Positions 10,601-23,243 of a DNA stretch of 64,000 bases are shown in pieces. The position numbers and the translations under genes were made by a program. The notes under the pieces are model-generated. The model searched no databases. It saw only the letters and a program-made list of their open reading frames with translations, and was not told the origin of the DNA. This DNA is from Balanoglossus misakiensis (lineage: Eukaryota; Animalia; Hemichordata), in assembly GCA_040954595.2 (NCBI GenBank), contig CM082576.2, positions 12,031,129 to 12,095,128 of the forward strand, given 5' to 3'. The number at the start of each line of letters is the position of its first letter. Within the stretch, counting starts at the first letter, position 1.

Positions 10601-13600
10601 TTTTGTCACATCGAATGAATTCTGGTACATGCGGATGTGTAGCGACAAGGTCCTGTGGCAGTACTGGCGTTTTCTTGTCTTTTATTATTGAGAATGTTGC
10701 CGCATAGAATTGTGGCTGTTCAAGTGTGGCTGATTTTGGAAAATGTTGGTCTTCATCAAAATTTGATAAATGTGAATAATTATGCACTGTTTTATTCTGT
10801 GATACACAGAATTTTGAGGACAACTTGGATCCAGAGACTATGAAGAAAGACAAAATATTCCAGGTGCATCTGGAAAACATCATGAGAGAACATGCATCAG
10901 AGCTCAACAAATCAATGAACGATGGTAAGTTGAAGTCTTCCCTGTGTTATAATCAATAAATCTGCATCAGATCATTGTTTGGGGGTTTTGTGTGGTTCAT
11001 GGTCACTACCTGTTGACTGACTTCACATGGTATTATAGTTATTTTCTGATGCTTTTCTGAAACTTGGATGTATGGGATGTGTGCAGAAAATCAAAGCGGG
11101 AAAAGGGGTTGTGATGTTTTGACATCAATACTTGCCGAGACAGCAAATGAGTGCAACTGTCCTGACTCCTGAGTTGTCATGGTGATCATTGTGTCCGTGT
11201 TCTCGTTTCAACAGATGACAGTGAGGCAGCACAGAAAAAGAAGAAAAACAAAGAGAAGGAAAAGAAGGAAGATGTAAGTTTTAAACACATAAAATGTCAA
11301 CAACTGTGATGAATGGCTGCAGTCAGCCTAGTAGAAAAGCTGGAAATTGCAGTCTGGAAACAGTTTAGAAATTAAATCAATCAACACATGGCAACTTGTA
11401 AGTGACCATCATGCAGTCGATAATATTTTAGACACTGCACTTTGCTGAAGTTCACTGCACAGCAACGCCCTTTTGATTTTCATTGTGGAGTCTAAAAATC
11501 AACATTATATCTACCGTTGGTTTCCAGGAGAAGATCGATGATATGGAAATGGACGAAGATAAGAAAAATTTAATCTCAAGGGAAATTCGTGTTTTTAGGG
11601 ATAGCCATAAGGTATGTTTTCATTTTTGTAATCACCTAATGTAAAATTCTGTTTTTTCCCCTACTATTTATCAATAGCTATATTCCATGATTGTGCTTAT
11701 GCCAAAATGACCTCACCACTGGTTGTCGTTCTATGAGGTATGATCAAGTCTGCCTATTTGAAATGTCTCGTCATTTAGTCAAGTCAGTGTCTAAACCCGA
11801 GTAGTGGAATGAGTTACCTTTTAGAATACAATAAATTTGTTAGTAAATCCTCTGGCAAAAAAAGTAAAATCAACCCATTGAATAATAAATTTGGAATTTA
11901 TTTAAATATACAGATAGTGATTAGAATTTCGATACTTTTGCCTCAGTTGTGAAAACCCAGCTTATGAAGTGTTTGGGCAAAACTGAAATGCTGGCTGAGA
12001 GTGGATTCATTTTGGCTAAAACCTATTCTTTTTTTTATCAAATTTTGTACTTTTAATATGTGGGTGCATTCTCCAAATTGTAAATTTGAAACAAGAACAG
12101 CTATTATTGTCTCGCCAGTGTTCAAAATTTTACTTCTGTAACGAAAACGACACTGCACTCACGAGGTTTTTACGCCTCCCACATTAAAAAAGCCTGTGAA
12201 AGTGTTTCCATGTTGCCCCCAAGTTTTAATGGGCCACTATCCCCAACTGTGTAATACCACAATAGATATGTCGGTGGGAAAACCAAGCGCCCAGCATCCA
12301 AGCGGCATTGCTGTGCATACATGTTTAAAGTGGATAATGTTAAAGGTGGTGAGTAGAACATTTTTTGGTTTTTCTCATCATCCTACTTTGTTTCCAGGGG
12401 ACTTAGAAGCGGTTACGCACAGGTCAGTGATGAGAGTAACACTTTCCCCGCTGCGCACATCACCTTTCCTTCCCTACACTTCTTATTCCACAGTCATGTT
12501 ATTATGGCAGTTTTTTGGCAAATAAATCCCTTCAGCACCCTGGAGCTGGGCCACCCAGTGATGTAAGTGAATCTAGCACCAAAGAACGGTGTCAGAAGCG
12601 TCTCTTCTCTCCTTGCAGATCCTGGGTAGATAGCTGAATTATGCATTCTCACCACACGCCAGTTTTTATATATGCAACACACACTTTTTCTGACAACCTG
12701 GTTGTGAAGTGTGTGTGTGCAAATGCTGTGTAATTGCATACATTTTGTTCTTGTGTGTCGTCTAATAAACACATTGAGCATTTTCAGCTTGGCTAAAATC
12801 CCCCTGTCAAATGCAATCCAAGAATGAGCCGTTCTTGCCCCTTGAGAACTACAGTTTTCAGCTGTTTACCCAAGGCTGCTTCTTCAAACCCTTCGCTTAC
12901 CCATCTCAAAACTCGTAAAAATCATTCTACACACATAAGGTGTGACCTCTCTAAAGTGTGTCTCAGGTTCTCTGAGCCACCAACACACCAAGGTATGTTG
13001 TCTTTGACTTCTTAATGAGCATAGTTCAAACTACCATGGAAGAAGACTTAGGTGCGTAGCAGATTTTACCATTTGTCATTTTGTGAAATGTTGCCAAGAT
13101 CACTGAATTACATAACATTTTTGTAATATGTATGGGTTTTATATTTAAAATTGAAATGGGATACATGTCTACAAATTCAATGTAGGCACTGAAATATCAG
13201 AATTTAAGATGTATGTTGAAATCATGGTATGTTCATGCAGTGTATCAGTGTGTAAAATTCTGCACACTTTAAATAATTATATGTCTCATTCTGGTGAAGG
13301 TGATGTTGAAGGATCCAACATACATGTTGGTTGTTGTTGATGGCTAGATTCCAAATGTGCACTTTATGCAAAATCCCACTGTTCTAATATTTTTCTGTGG
13401 ATAAATGGCTCATGGTATTTTGAAAAATGCCAGTGACACAAAAAACCTGCATCTACGTTTTGTTCTTTTGTCATCATTTGAAGAAAACTTTGCATTTTCA
13501 TTTGAAAATTTCCACATGGTAACCATTGCTGAACATTTTGAATCCTTCAGTACCACCTTGAAAATAGAGCAAATCACAGGCCAACATGAAATATAAGAAA

Positions 13601-16600
13601 AGTTTTGGTAGATGGGAGTCTTTAGATTAAATTAACTGACTAGAAAAATGAGACATTGGTAGATTTATTCCACTGCAAGATCCAGTCATTACGACTTAAA
13701 ATGTTTAAATTCAGATCATGTCAAACATTGTAGTATAACTTTGTGGCAAATGGCTAATTGTTTCATTGTTGGAAGATCAGATCCGGAGTTAATATAGTAC
13801 AAGTTGTAACAGCCTTCATTCAGTGTGTGTAATAAGTTTCGTTTCAGGTGCCAAAGAATAACAAATAGCTGGATGGGTTTAGGCACATGAAATTTGCACA
13901 TTGATTTTACCTTGGTTTTTCTGAATCTTGTCTATGGTCACATGACAAAATAAGTCGGGCATTCTGGCCAGTGATCACGGCAATATGTACACTGTTTTTG
14001 TTAAGGTTGAAGAACATAGGTAGATGCTTGGGAGTTTTGAATTTGGGTTTGGCATGAATGATACATGGGATGTACCATGGGGGGAAATCAGGCAATATTA
14101 TTTGGTGGGGGTGGAGACCCTTCAACATTTACCTAAAGATACTTGGCCTTGACAAAAACAGTGCTACATCCCTTTTGTGTTCATGAATGTGGGTTCGAAG
14201 CAGTCACGACAGGTAACAAAAATGAAGTCTTGTTGTGTTTGAGTTTTCACATGATGTTCATATTATAGATAACCGGACAGTGTTGTTAATGAATAATTAA
14301 TTCTCCACAGGTCTGTCACACTCACGTTTCAAAAAAACATGACATCATTCTGAAATATTTGCCAGAGCAGATGTTTCTTTGAGTGCTGCTTTTTTATAGT
14401 GTTTTTCGCATGTTCGCATCACGTGTGGCACACCTGTGCTTTTGTCGCACGTGCAATTTCTTTCATGAACTAAACACCCGAGTTCTCTTCAAAAGCCATA
14501 ATAGCGCCAAAAACAAAGGTCGTCGTCTTCCTCCTCTCATCGCGTTGCATCATCAACCCAGCCAAACCAAGAGGTGAAAAGAAGGTCACGCAATGCCACA
14601 GGATCATCCCCGACAAGTACCAAGTTAATTACAGACTTTAAATCTTAGATATGTCTTGTTTTGAAAAAAAGTGCTTTTCTCAATCTGTGTTAATAACGAG
14701 AGAAGGATTGAGACATTTTTTACCTTTTCAGCTGCGATTTTACGTTACCCACCACGAGTGTAAAATGCATGTTTTTTTTGGACGAGTGTTCAACATCCTG
14801 AATCGGGAAAGTATATGTGAACCACATCGGATGATATTGTTACTGATTTCTTTACCGAACAGTTGAAACAAAGCTTTTTTTTTTCAAAGTACATATACTG
14901 TGTAATTGTTTTTGCTCATTGCTTCATTCAGATATGTATGTAAACTGCGTATGACTGCGTCTATACTGATTGGCCTCCCTATATCTTATTGTTGTATCTT
15001 TGATGCAGGGAGAAGAGGAGAAGGAAAAAGAGAGAGAGAAAGAGCGAGAGAGGGAGCGGGAAAGGGAACGGGAAAGGAGGGAGAGAGAAAGGAAGGAACG
15101 CGAAAGAAACATTGAGAAGAGCCGAAACAGAGACCGGGATAGAGAGAGAGAAAGAGAAAAGAAGAGGGAGAGAGAAAAGGATTCTGAAAGGTGTGTTGGT
15201 CCTTCTAGCTGATGTTTGTGAATATTGCTTCAAATGGGGTTATGTGGAAATGAATGGAGATGACTGAATGCAAAACAGATTGTGTCATAACTTTTTTGTT
15301 CTGAAAAATTCACAGGAGGGAACGCGACAGAGAACGGGAAAGGGAAGAGCGAGAGAGGGAGAGAGAAGAGGAGGAGGAATTGTACGAGAGGAGAAAATTG
15401 GAGAGAAAACTTCGAGAGAAAGAAGGCGCTTATCAAGAGGTACGTATACGTTGCCACGACACTGTTCGCTTACGGTGAAAAGTTTGAAGGCATATTCTGA
15501 AATTGACAATATATGATATGCTGGTTTGTGTTTCGTTTCAGCTGTTGAAAAACTGGGAAACGAGGGAGCGCAAAAAGAACAGGGAATACGACAAAGAAAG
15601 GGAGAGGGAGGAAGAGAGAAAAATTGAACAGGAGAGAGAAGGCAAACGTCTCAAGGAGTTCTTGGAGGACTATGACGATGAAAAAGATGACCATAAATAT
15701 TACAAGTAAGTGGATCAGTGTCCCTCTTGCAGTCTGTGTGCCTTTGTAGATATTGACAAGTGGATGTCATTCCGAAGCATTGCAGGCTGGACCTCACTAA
15801 GGCATGGGTGGTTTGGGTCTACATGTATTAAAAAAAAGTGACATATCTACATGTAGTCATACCAATGCACCTTACAGCTGGGTTTGACTGGATGGGGGCC
15901 ATAGATTTAGCACACGATTTGCTCAAATGTTGACATTTTGAGACATGACTTTGCAAGTGCCTCGCCGAGCTGTATATTACAATTACACCATGTTGCTGTT
16001 GGTTAAAGCGTGGGTTTGCTTTCATTGCAGGGGCAGTGCCTTCCAGAGAAGACTCCGAGACCGAGAGAAGGAGAATGAAGAGGACAACAGGGATAGAAAG
16101 AAGGAAAAGGAGGAATTAGAGGATCTCCGCAGGAAGCTCTTGGAGGAAGGTCATCCGGACCCTGAAGCTGAAATACAAAAGGTGAGCAATCGCATGTGTA
16201 TTGCATAGACATTAGATAATACAGTTAGCATCAAGCAGTGAGAATGAATAACATGATTGAAATTCAAATATAACTACAGTAATTCCTGTCTAAACCAAAC
16301 CCTGTCTAATCTGGAAACCTGTCTATACCAAACACCCTTGCCAGTCCCCTTCACATAAAAACCACATGTTACAAGAACCTCTACAAACCGAACAATATTT
16401 ACAGTCCCTTTGATGTTTGGCTTAGGCAGGTTTCACTGTACATGTACCACACAAAAGCATACAACCATGCTGTGTTCGTGAATAAGTAAAATGTAGACTA
16501 GATCATATTGTCTAATGTGTGATGATTCTCCTTTGCAGCTGGAGAGGGAGACCGAACTTCACAAACAACCACAGGCAAATAAAGAAGAGGAGGAGGAGCC

Positions 16601-19600
16601 CGAGGAGCCGGAACCAGAACCGGAACCGGAAGTCAAACCCAAATTAGAACCAACATTGAAACCCACCTATGCACCTGTTAAAGTAAGAAAGAAATCAGTG
16701 TCTAAGTGTGTGGCATGTGGAAATGAGTTTTAATCATGCGACAGTGACGAATAACTTACTCAGCTATTGCTAGATTTATCATGGAGTGAAAACAATACTT
16801 CAAATGGGGCGTTTAGTTTGAGAAAGCCAAGTAACTGTTATTCATACGCTGCCCTTTTAAAGAGCATATCTTGCCTTTTTAAATCTTATCAGAAGGTTAA
16901 AAAATGTTCAAAAGAAATGTACTATTTTCCAAAAGTGACAATATTTTTCGGGTATCGATTTCTATAATATTTGTCTTGTTCTCATAAAATGCTTCAAAAT
17001 CCACCCCGTCCTGAAAAGTCCGAGTTCAGATTTGCTGCATTTTGGTCACGTGACGTGACGTCACAAGAGGAACCGGTCAGGTAGACCAGCTTTAGCGATG
17101 CTCACAGGTGTCATACGGTGTTTTCGTGCTTTTCTGTGTAATACCACTATGGGAAAGGGAGTTGTTTGCCGTGGTTGCATCAACACATTACCTAGACGGG
17201 AGTCACCCGTGTGAGTTCCACAAAAACGAATGAAAGTCTATGCCACGATCATCAACATCGTACGGTGGATATGAAGCCGGCGCGGCGCCGGTGACGGCCG
17301 CGGCCGTAACTGTCAATGCATATCCGTTGAACGATAATCGGCCGAGTTCGAATCACGAGAAGACAATCCCCACCCATACAGGAAAATAGAAGCCTGTCAG
17401 CAGGAGAGGTCGACCAACAGATCGTTTATACCCGGTATTGGTGTTCATACAATGTTCCAGCGACCGCGATTTACACAGTACTGTAGACAAGTAGTAGTAG
17501 GTGAACTGGCAGGATGCGTAAACACAATTTTGCGTTGGCCGACATCATGTTGAGATTGTTTATTATTATTCACGCTTCCGTCTGGCTAACCGGTACCCAG
17601 TGACCGCAAACTACGATAATTAAGGTTGACAGCAATCGATGTAAAAACTTGAACGTTCAAAATATTACCGTTACTATTTCACGTTATTTTTCAGTCATAC
17701 CTTTGTATGGCTTCGGCTGAATGGTCGCCATCTTTCTTTTCTAATTTCTTTGTTTACAAGTTTTACGTCGCGCTATGTCCGACTCCTCGGCTCCAAAACA
17801 CACTGTACAAATTTTGAAACAAAATATGTTGAATAAATTTTGCCTCGTGTGAGTGAAAACTGTTTCCAAACTTAGATATTCGTGTGTATCAATGAAAATG
17901 TTTCATGCTTTGTGAGCGTGAGTGGGTCGGCCTGGCATGATCGCCTGTTGCTGTTGGTTGTATGGTTTCATTTTGTTATAATGCAGTATGAAGCATGTCA
18001 AGGAACTTCCATGATTACAGCGACAAGTCATAAATGTTTCTGTTTGTCATCACCAAAAAGGCATAGCTTACATGTAATTCAAAAGACAGAATTTTAGTGC
18101 TGGTAGTAAATATACATCGCGGCGCGATATGTGTCATCGCTGCCGATCGGCGCTGATGGAGTTCCCTTGACCTTGTACAATAACACACACGTATTTTGTC
18201 TGTTGAGGCAGTCATCGAAAATCGCCAAAAGACCACGATCAGTTATCAATAAGTTGACATTGTCCAAGATAAGTAGATTTAGTCCCAACACTCTAGACCT
18301 AAACCTCTGGGCAATATTCGACGGTTTAATCGAGGCAGCAATCATTGTATGTGTAAGGTGCCTATACACATCCGCTGCCATTGCATGTTGTGTACTGCTT
18401 GCAATGCGAAGCCGTAGCCTAACCGGGCCGAGTTTTTTTTTTCATAATCGCATCTCCCCTAGATGATAAGGTAGACATATGTACGTTTATTTTGAAGGGT
18501 ACGGGGGATACAGAGTTGTACCCAGGCTGACACAGCAAAGCCATTTAGATCACAGGCATGTATGGTTGCAATTCAACCACTGCAATGTACAGTGCTAAGT
18601 CTGTTGCAAACGTAAATGGGTTCCTCTTGTGACGTCACGGAAATGGGCGTGGCCAAAACAGAACTTTTTTCTCAGGCCCTGAACATTTTTAAATTTAACA
18701 TTTATTTATCCATATGAAATAAGTAAAAGGACACCAGCATTTAACACACAAGCCCAATTATTATTTATCCTCAAAAGTGTGTTTCGAGGTAAGATAGGCT
18801 CTTTAAGATCCCCCATCAGTGTATTTAACGTTATCTACACAATGTATCAGTCTTGTTTCAGTCTGGTTATGTTGCACATACTTTTAACAGTTGTTCACTT
18901 ATTTGATGGTTTGTAGAATGATTTGCTGTGAAGTTTGTGTTAAGCTGTAGGTACATTACTATAAACTCGGACCTGAAAAGAGTTGAAAAATGTTAACCTG
19001 TCGATGTTCTGCTGACCATTGTAGGGAGAGATTGTGTCGTCGTCGCCACCCTCAAGTTTGGAACCCGAAGACAGCGATGGAGGAATTCACGAAGGACCTG
19101 AACAGAAACCAAGGCTGGGATTCTCAGGTTTAAAATTAGGTGAGGCCCAAGACTTGGCGTTGCAGTTGGCCAAGTGCGCGTGTCTGTGTGTGTGAAAAGC
19201 AGAAACTTGATAATGTTAGCACAACGGTTGACTCGACAGACATGTGCCTTCAAAGCTACAAGAAACTTTTGCTGTTGATGTTTTTGGAGTCAGGCGGAAC
19301 GGTAGTGTTACATCTGGTATGAAAACAAGTTCTCACATCATAGTGACTTCTTCCACGTGGAAGATACACTGCATTCAAACTGTTAATTGCATCACTACAC
19401 ATGTTGTATTCCTAACAGGAGCAACAGCCAGCCCGCAGCAGTCGGCGTCGAAAAGAAAAATAACCCTCAGTGAAGTGTTCAACGCAAATGAAGACGATGG
19501 CGGTGACGATAGCAAAAAGAAGAGGAAACTGGTTCCTCTGGACTACACAGAGGAAGAGATGAAAGCTGTCAGGACATCGCAGTCGGTCATTACCGCCGCT

Positions 19601-20690
19601 GAAGAGAAGAGGAAACATATCAAGAGTCTTATAGAACAGATACCAACAGCTAAAGACGAGTTATTTAATTATGAGTTGAACTGGACCATGGTTGACGAGG
19701 TAGGTTTCTTGTTTTGTGGATGGGATTCTTAGTTTCATACCGTTTGATGCACTGTACTGGTGGAAAAGCATAAAAATATTTAAAAGTTCCCAAGAATTGG
19801 AGCTAAGGTAGAAGAAAGTTACATAAATACCCAGTTGTAAAATCACTTCATGACTTTCACGTGAAATGGACATTTTCCCTGTGTCAAAATGGAGTTGCAT
19901 TTATGTGTGCAAGTTACCTGCGGAATATGAAAAAGATTGATACACACCACCCTCATTGTTATTTAGGAAATCCTCATGTTCAAAATTCAAGTGAAATCGT
20001 GGCTTGGGAAGTTATGATATTTCTGTAAATTTCAGTGATGATTCTTACGAGTCTGTGTATCTGGTATGTGCTCTTCCTTTTAGAATCTCATGGAAAGGCG
20101 AGTCAAACCATGGATCAACAAAAAGATTGTAGAATACATAGGCGAAGAAGAAGCAACGTTAGTCGATTTTATCTGTCAAAAAGTCATGGCAAGAAGCTCT
20201 CCTCAAGATATACTCAATGATGTTACAATGGTAAGTTGTTCGCTGTTGGCAAGTGGGGGGCTGAGGGACAGTTTTAGTTTGTAATCTTTGTTGGGGGTGG
20301 AGGGGTGGGGGTGTATATGTCACCAAAAAGCAGAACTCTGACACAGATGTTATTTACAAGTTAGTTACAGATTAATTCGATCATCATTATCAATACTAAG
20401 CCAAAAAAAAACCTCAAACTGCTTGTGACTTTGCTGCAAATTGTCTTGTTTTTTTTTCAAGACATTTTGTTACATGACAGACCCAGACTTTTAGATTCCC
20501 AGTGTTGATGGCTGACATTATCAGAAGCCAAGCCATTCTCTCTCATCTGCCACATCCATAACTTCTCTCACAAGTGTCAATACAATTTCCTTTCCAGGTA
20601 CTCGATGAAGAAGCCGAAGTGTTTGTTGTCAAAATGTGGCGGTTACTCATATACGAAACAGAAGCCAAGAAAATAGGACTTGTCAAATAA
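7661..20690 (+). CDS. RBM25: RNA-binding protein 25 (Pro-rich N-terminus, RRM, ER/RE-rich region, PWI domain); spliced, ~755 aa
   Basis: Coding exons are all GT-AG with consistent phases and total 2268 nt: 7661-7763, 8008-8066, 8408-8479, 8772-8819, 9382-9477, 9699-9848, 10444-10524, 10810-10924, 11215-11273, 11528-11611, 15009-15190, 15316-15439, 15542-15705, 16031-16181, 16539-16682, 19025-19139, 19419-19699, 20084-20230, 20598-20690. Diagnostic sequences: MSYQPPMNRPPFAMPPLPPGIPPP, TTVFVGNISERASD, SWKRVQGASGKLQAFGFCEY, KRKLVPLDY, PWINKKIVEYIGEEEATLVDFIC, VLDEEAEVFVVKMWRLLIYETEAKKIGLVK*. The small exons 3-4 are the least certain. Confidence 0.95.
8101..8187. mobile_element. ~87-bp MITE with TTAA target-site duplication (piggyBac-like), in RBM25 intron
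   Basis: TTAA|ctctttcacccc...ggggtgagaggg|TTAA: terminal inverted repeats with TTAA on both sides. Same family as 61557-61641. Confidence 0.7.
16277..16438. mobile_element. Tc1/pogo(Tigger)-type MITE with TA duplication, in RBM25 intron
   Basis: TA|CAGTAATTCCTGTCTAAACCAAAC ... GTTTGGCTTAGGCAGGTTTCACTG|TA: ~24-bp imperfect TIRs with CAGT termini, plus internal cctgtcta repeats. Confidence 0.7.
16861..18802. mobile_element. non-autonomous Kolobok-like DNA transposon (1.94 kb) in RBM25 intron
   Basis: TTAA at both ends (16857-16860 and 18803-18806). TIR AGAGCATATCTTGCCT matches the reverse complement of the right end, AGAGCCTATCTTACCT, at 14/16. AG...CT termini. Perfect 20-bp subterminal inverted repeat at 17055-17074 and 18619-18638. 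Degenerate THAP-like start near 17149. Confidence 0.75.
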
Positions 20691-21224
20691 TAAGACTGTA
20701 CCCTTCTTAGTTTTTTTATATTTTATTTCTTCAAAATTCACACTCAGAACCACCAAGTGGTTAAGCCTTGTGAAAGTCAGACTTCGGTTTTGTCAGAACG
20801 TTACCCTAAACCCCGTCACAATCAGATCGTCTGTAAACATCGTGTAAATTAATATATTTCAATGCATTTTCTGTGGTGATGCTTTTTTTACTCAGGAATT
20901 GTGTTCCCCAGTGTGTGTGTGCTCACAGAAAGATGTACATGCAGTGTTGCTAAATACGCAAAAATCACCTGATGAACTGAAAAGGGTAGTTTCAGGAATG
21001 AATGGCAGCTGCAAGGCGATTCGTACCCCCAGGTTTGTTCGTGTGTATCCCCTGTGTAGACAGGGATTGAGATATCAGGAAGCATTCCGGGGTCCTGGTT
21101 CGGGAATGAGATGTACAAATATGTATAAAATGGCAGATTAGGCAGAGAAGGTGAACTTGTACCTGCGACTTTAAGTGGAAACTGCCATTAACAGCAGATG
21201 CATAATGTAAAACTGCTCTTCAAA

Positions 21225-21238
21225 AATAAAAGAATAAA
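21225..21238 (+). terminator. tandem polyadenylation signals of RBM25
   Basis: AATAAA at 21225 and 21233, followed by a T/GT-rich tract, about 540 nt after the stop. Confidence 0.55.
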
Positions 21239-22133
21239 TGCATTCCTTTGTTTTGTAAAAAAAATGTTTCTTTTTGATGTCATTCTATCAGTGGGTAATG
21301 GGGTAGAGATGATGTGTGTATGTGTGTCTGGCGTGATACGTTATTGAAGTATACAGCAGCACCCTCTTTTTCAATGGTTGGAAAAACTGAACATTCAAGG
21401 GTCTTTGCATTGTTCCATAGCTGCTCCTAAAAAGCCACTTTTTAAGCGCAGCTTACATTGTTAAAGCCACAGTATTTCTCGTAGGGGCAAAATTTTGTTT
21501 GAAACGGCATCTATAATTTCTAAAAGTAGATGATAATTGATACTGAATCGAACAGTCATCATCCCCAGCTCTGCTCATAAACTCATACAATTTACAATAT
21601 AACGAGTGAAGAATGACTTTCTGTTCGGACAGAAAGTCACGTGAGTGTTGACACACGTGACTAGTGCGCATGCGCACTCAAATGTGAATCTATGCGGAAG
21701 AGGTTTGGTCGCCCCAAATCAAGCGACTCAGCGAAGAAATGCGCACTAATTCGGCGAAATTTTGGGAAGATAACTTTATGGGAGAAATCAGTCGATGGAA
21801 CCAGATCAAATCCGAAAATGGTCTGACCATCAAAATGTCAAAGTGGCACGTTTGCTGATCGACATGTACAACATTTCCATTGTAAACAAACCCGCGCATC
21901 ATTTCAAGTGTTACGGGCGATATTTTCGGCTTGCATGTAGCTACAATTGCCCAAACCTTTCTTACATCTTCATTATATAGTATTCCATGATGGATGTACT
22001 GGAAAAACGGGCTTTTTTCGATGATGAAAAATGGATGCACATGAGAAATACTGGGGCTTTAAACAAATGCAAGGAAGTTGCATTTCACTAATAAAAAGGT
22101 AGCAAACATCGCTGCCCGTCCCCACACTTGGTA

Positions 22134-23243
22134 TCAGTATGTATTTGAGCTTTGTTCTGGGGAAGGACATTTCCCCGATTTCTTGTGGGAGTGGAAGATG
22201 GAAATCCTTCTCTTGGTCGGCATCCTGGTTTGCTGTGTCCAGTACATACAGCTACAGATGGGAATAACGCGCATTTCGTTCCTGAAAGTGTTCGAGAAGT
22301 GAATGTAGACGTAGGGAGTGACGGCGTATCCAACAAACACCACCCACAGCGCGAAGAGATACACGCTCACGATATTGTTGCCACGGAGACCAATGTTTGC
22401 CGCTGACACCACGCACGCGGCGAGGAAGGGTGACCAAGACGCCACGAATATCAGGAGCACGATGACCATCATCTTCGCCAGGCGCTTCCTGACGCAGACG
22501 TGCTCCGCTGTCATGCAAAGTCGTTTCCTCCGCAACTGGACGACGACTCGCAGATACGCGGCGATGGCGAGCGCGATGGGCGTCAGTAGGAACGCGACGA
22601 TGACGAACGCGAAGTACGCGGACGATGCCTCGCCGGCGGTGGTGTCGATTTCGGTGAGGCAGAACGTCCAGCGGAAGTTCTCGTCGCCGCGTCCGCCGTG
22701 GGCCGTCAGGACGGAAACTGCCACCGAGGAGCGGAGAGCGAGCGGCAACATGGACAGTCCGCAGGTCACCCAGATGAGCGCGATGACCGCGGCGGCGGTT
22801 TTGAAATTGCGAACGGCGCGGAACTTGATGGGGTGGCAAACGGCGACGTATCGCTCGATGCTCACCATCAGAGTGGTCAACAGCGAGCACGACCCGGCGA
22901 GGAGGACGCTGTAGCTTCCCGCGCGACAGACGACGTCGCTGAGGAAATTCCCAACTGCCGACGGGAAGGACAGGGAGACGAGCTTCACGGGCGCGTCGAG
23001 CAGCAACATCAGCAGGCTGCAAACGGCCAAATTGGCCAGAAACGCGTTGGTGACGCGCCCGAACCGGCGCTTCTTGCAGATTGACGCGAGCAGCACGCTG
23101 TTTCCGAAAGCCCCGGAGATAATAGTTGCCGCGTACACGAATATCGCCAGACGCCGTATTTCGGGATACGCCATGAAATCCTCGATGACAATTTCGTTAT
23201 CGGATGAGCTGTTTGAGATGACGTTCTTCAGATCAGCGATCAT
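22134..23243 (-). CDS. class A (rhodopsin-like) G protein-coupled receptor, peptide-receptor-like orphan, single coding exon
   Basis: Seven hydrophobic segments: GN in TM1, NAFLANLAVCS (TM2), C at the top of TM3, SIERYVAVCHP, IW (TM4), FLLTP...AY (TM5), KMMVIVLLIFVASWSPF (TM6), TPYVY...FR (TM7/H8). N-glycosylation site NSS. The ORF-track start at 23261 is TTG; the first ATG is at 23243 in an ACC-ATG context. Confidence 0.88.
   Translation of the reverse strand: MIADLKNVISNSSSDNEIVIEDFMAYPEIRRLAIFVYAATIISGAFGNSVLLASICKKRRFGRVTNAFLANLAVCSLLMLLLDAPVKLVSLSFPSAVGNFLSDVVCRAGSYSVLLAGSCSLLTTLMVSIERYVAVCHPIKFRAVRNFKTAAAVIALIWVTCGLSMLPLALRSSVAVSVLTAHGGRGDENFRWTFCLTEIDTTAGEASSAYFAFVIVAFLLTPIALAIAAYLRVVVQLRRKRLCMTAEHVCVRKRLAKMMVIVLLIFVASWSPFLAACVVSAANIGLRGNNIVSVYLFALWVVFVGYAVTPYVYIHFSNTFRNEMRVIPICSCMYWTQQTRMPTKRRISIFHSHKKSGKCPSPEQSSNTY

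Noticed and set aside
14906-16212. Many short ER-rich and F/S/L-rich ORFs
   Set aside because: Fragments and antisense readings of the RBM25 RE-rich exons.
14190-17356. B-box-like GTTCGAA sequences at ~14194 and ~17346 (tRNA/SINE?)
   Set aside because: No cloverleaf stems or properly spaced A-box could be found.
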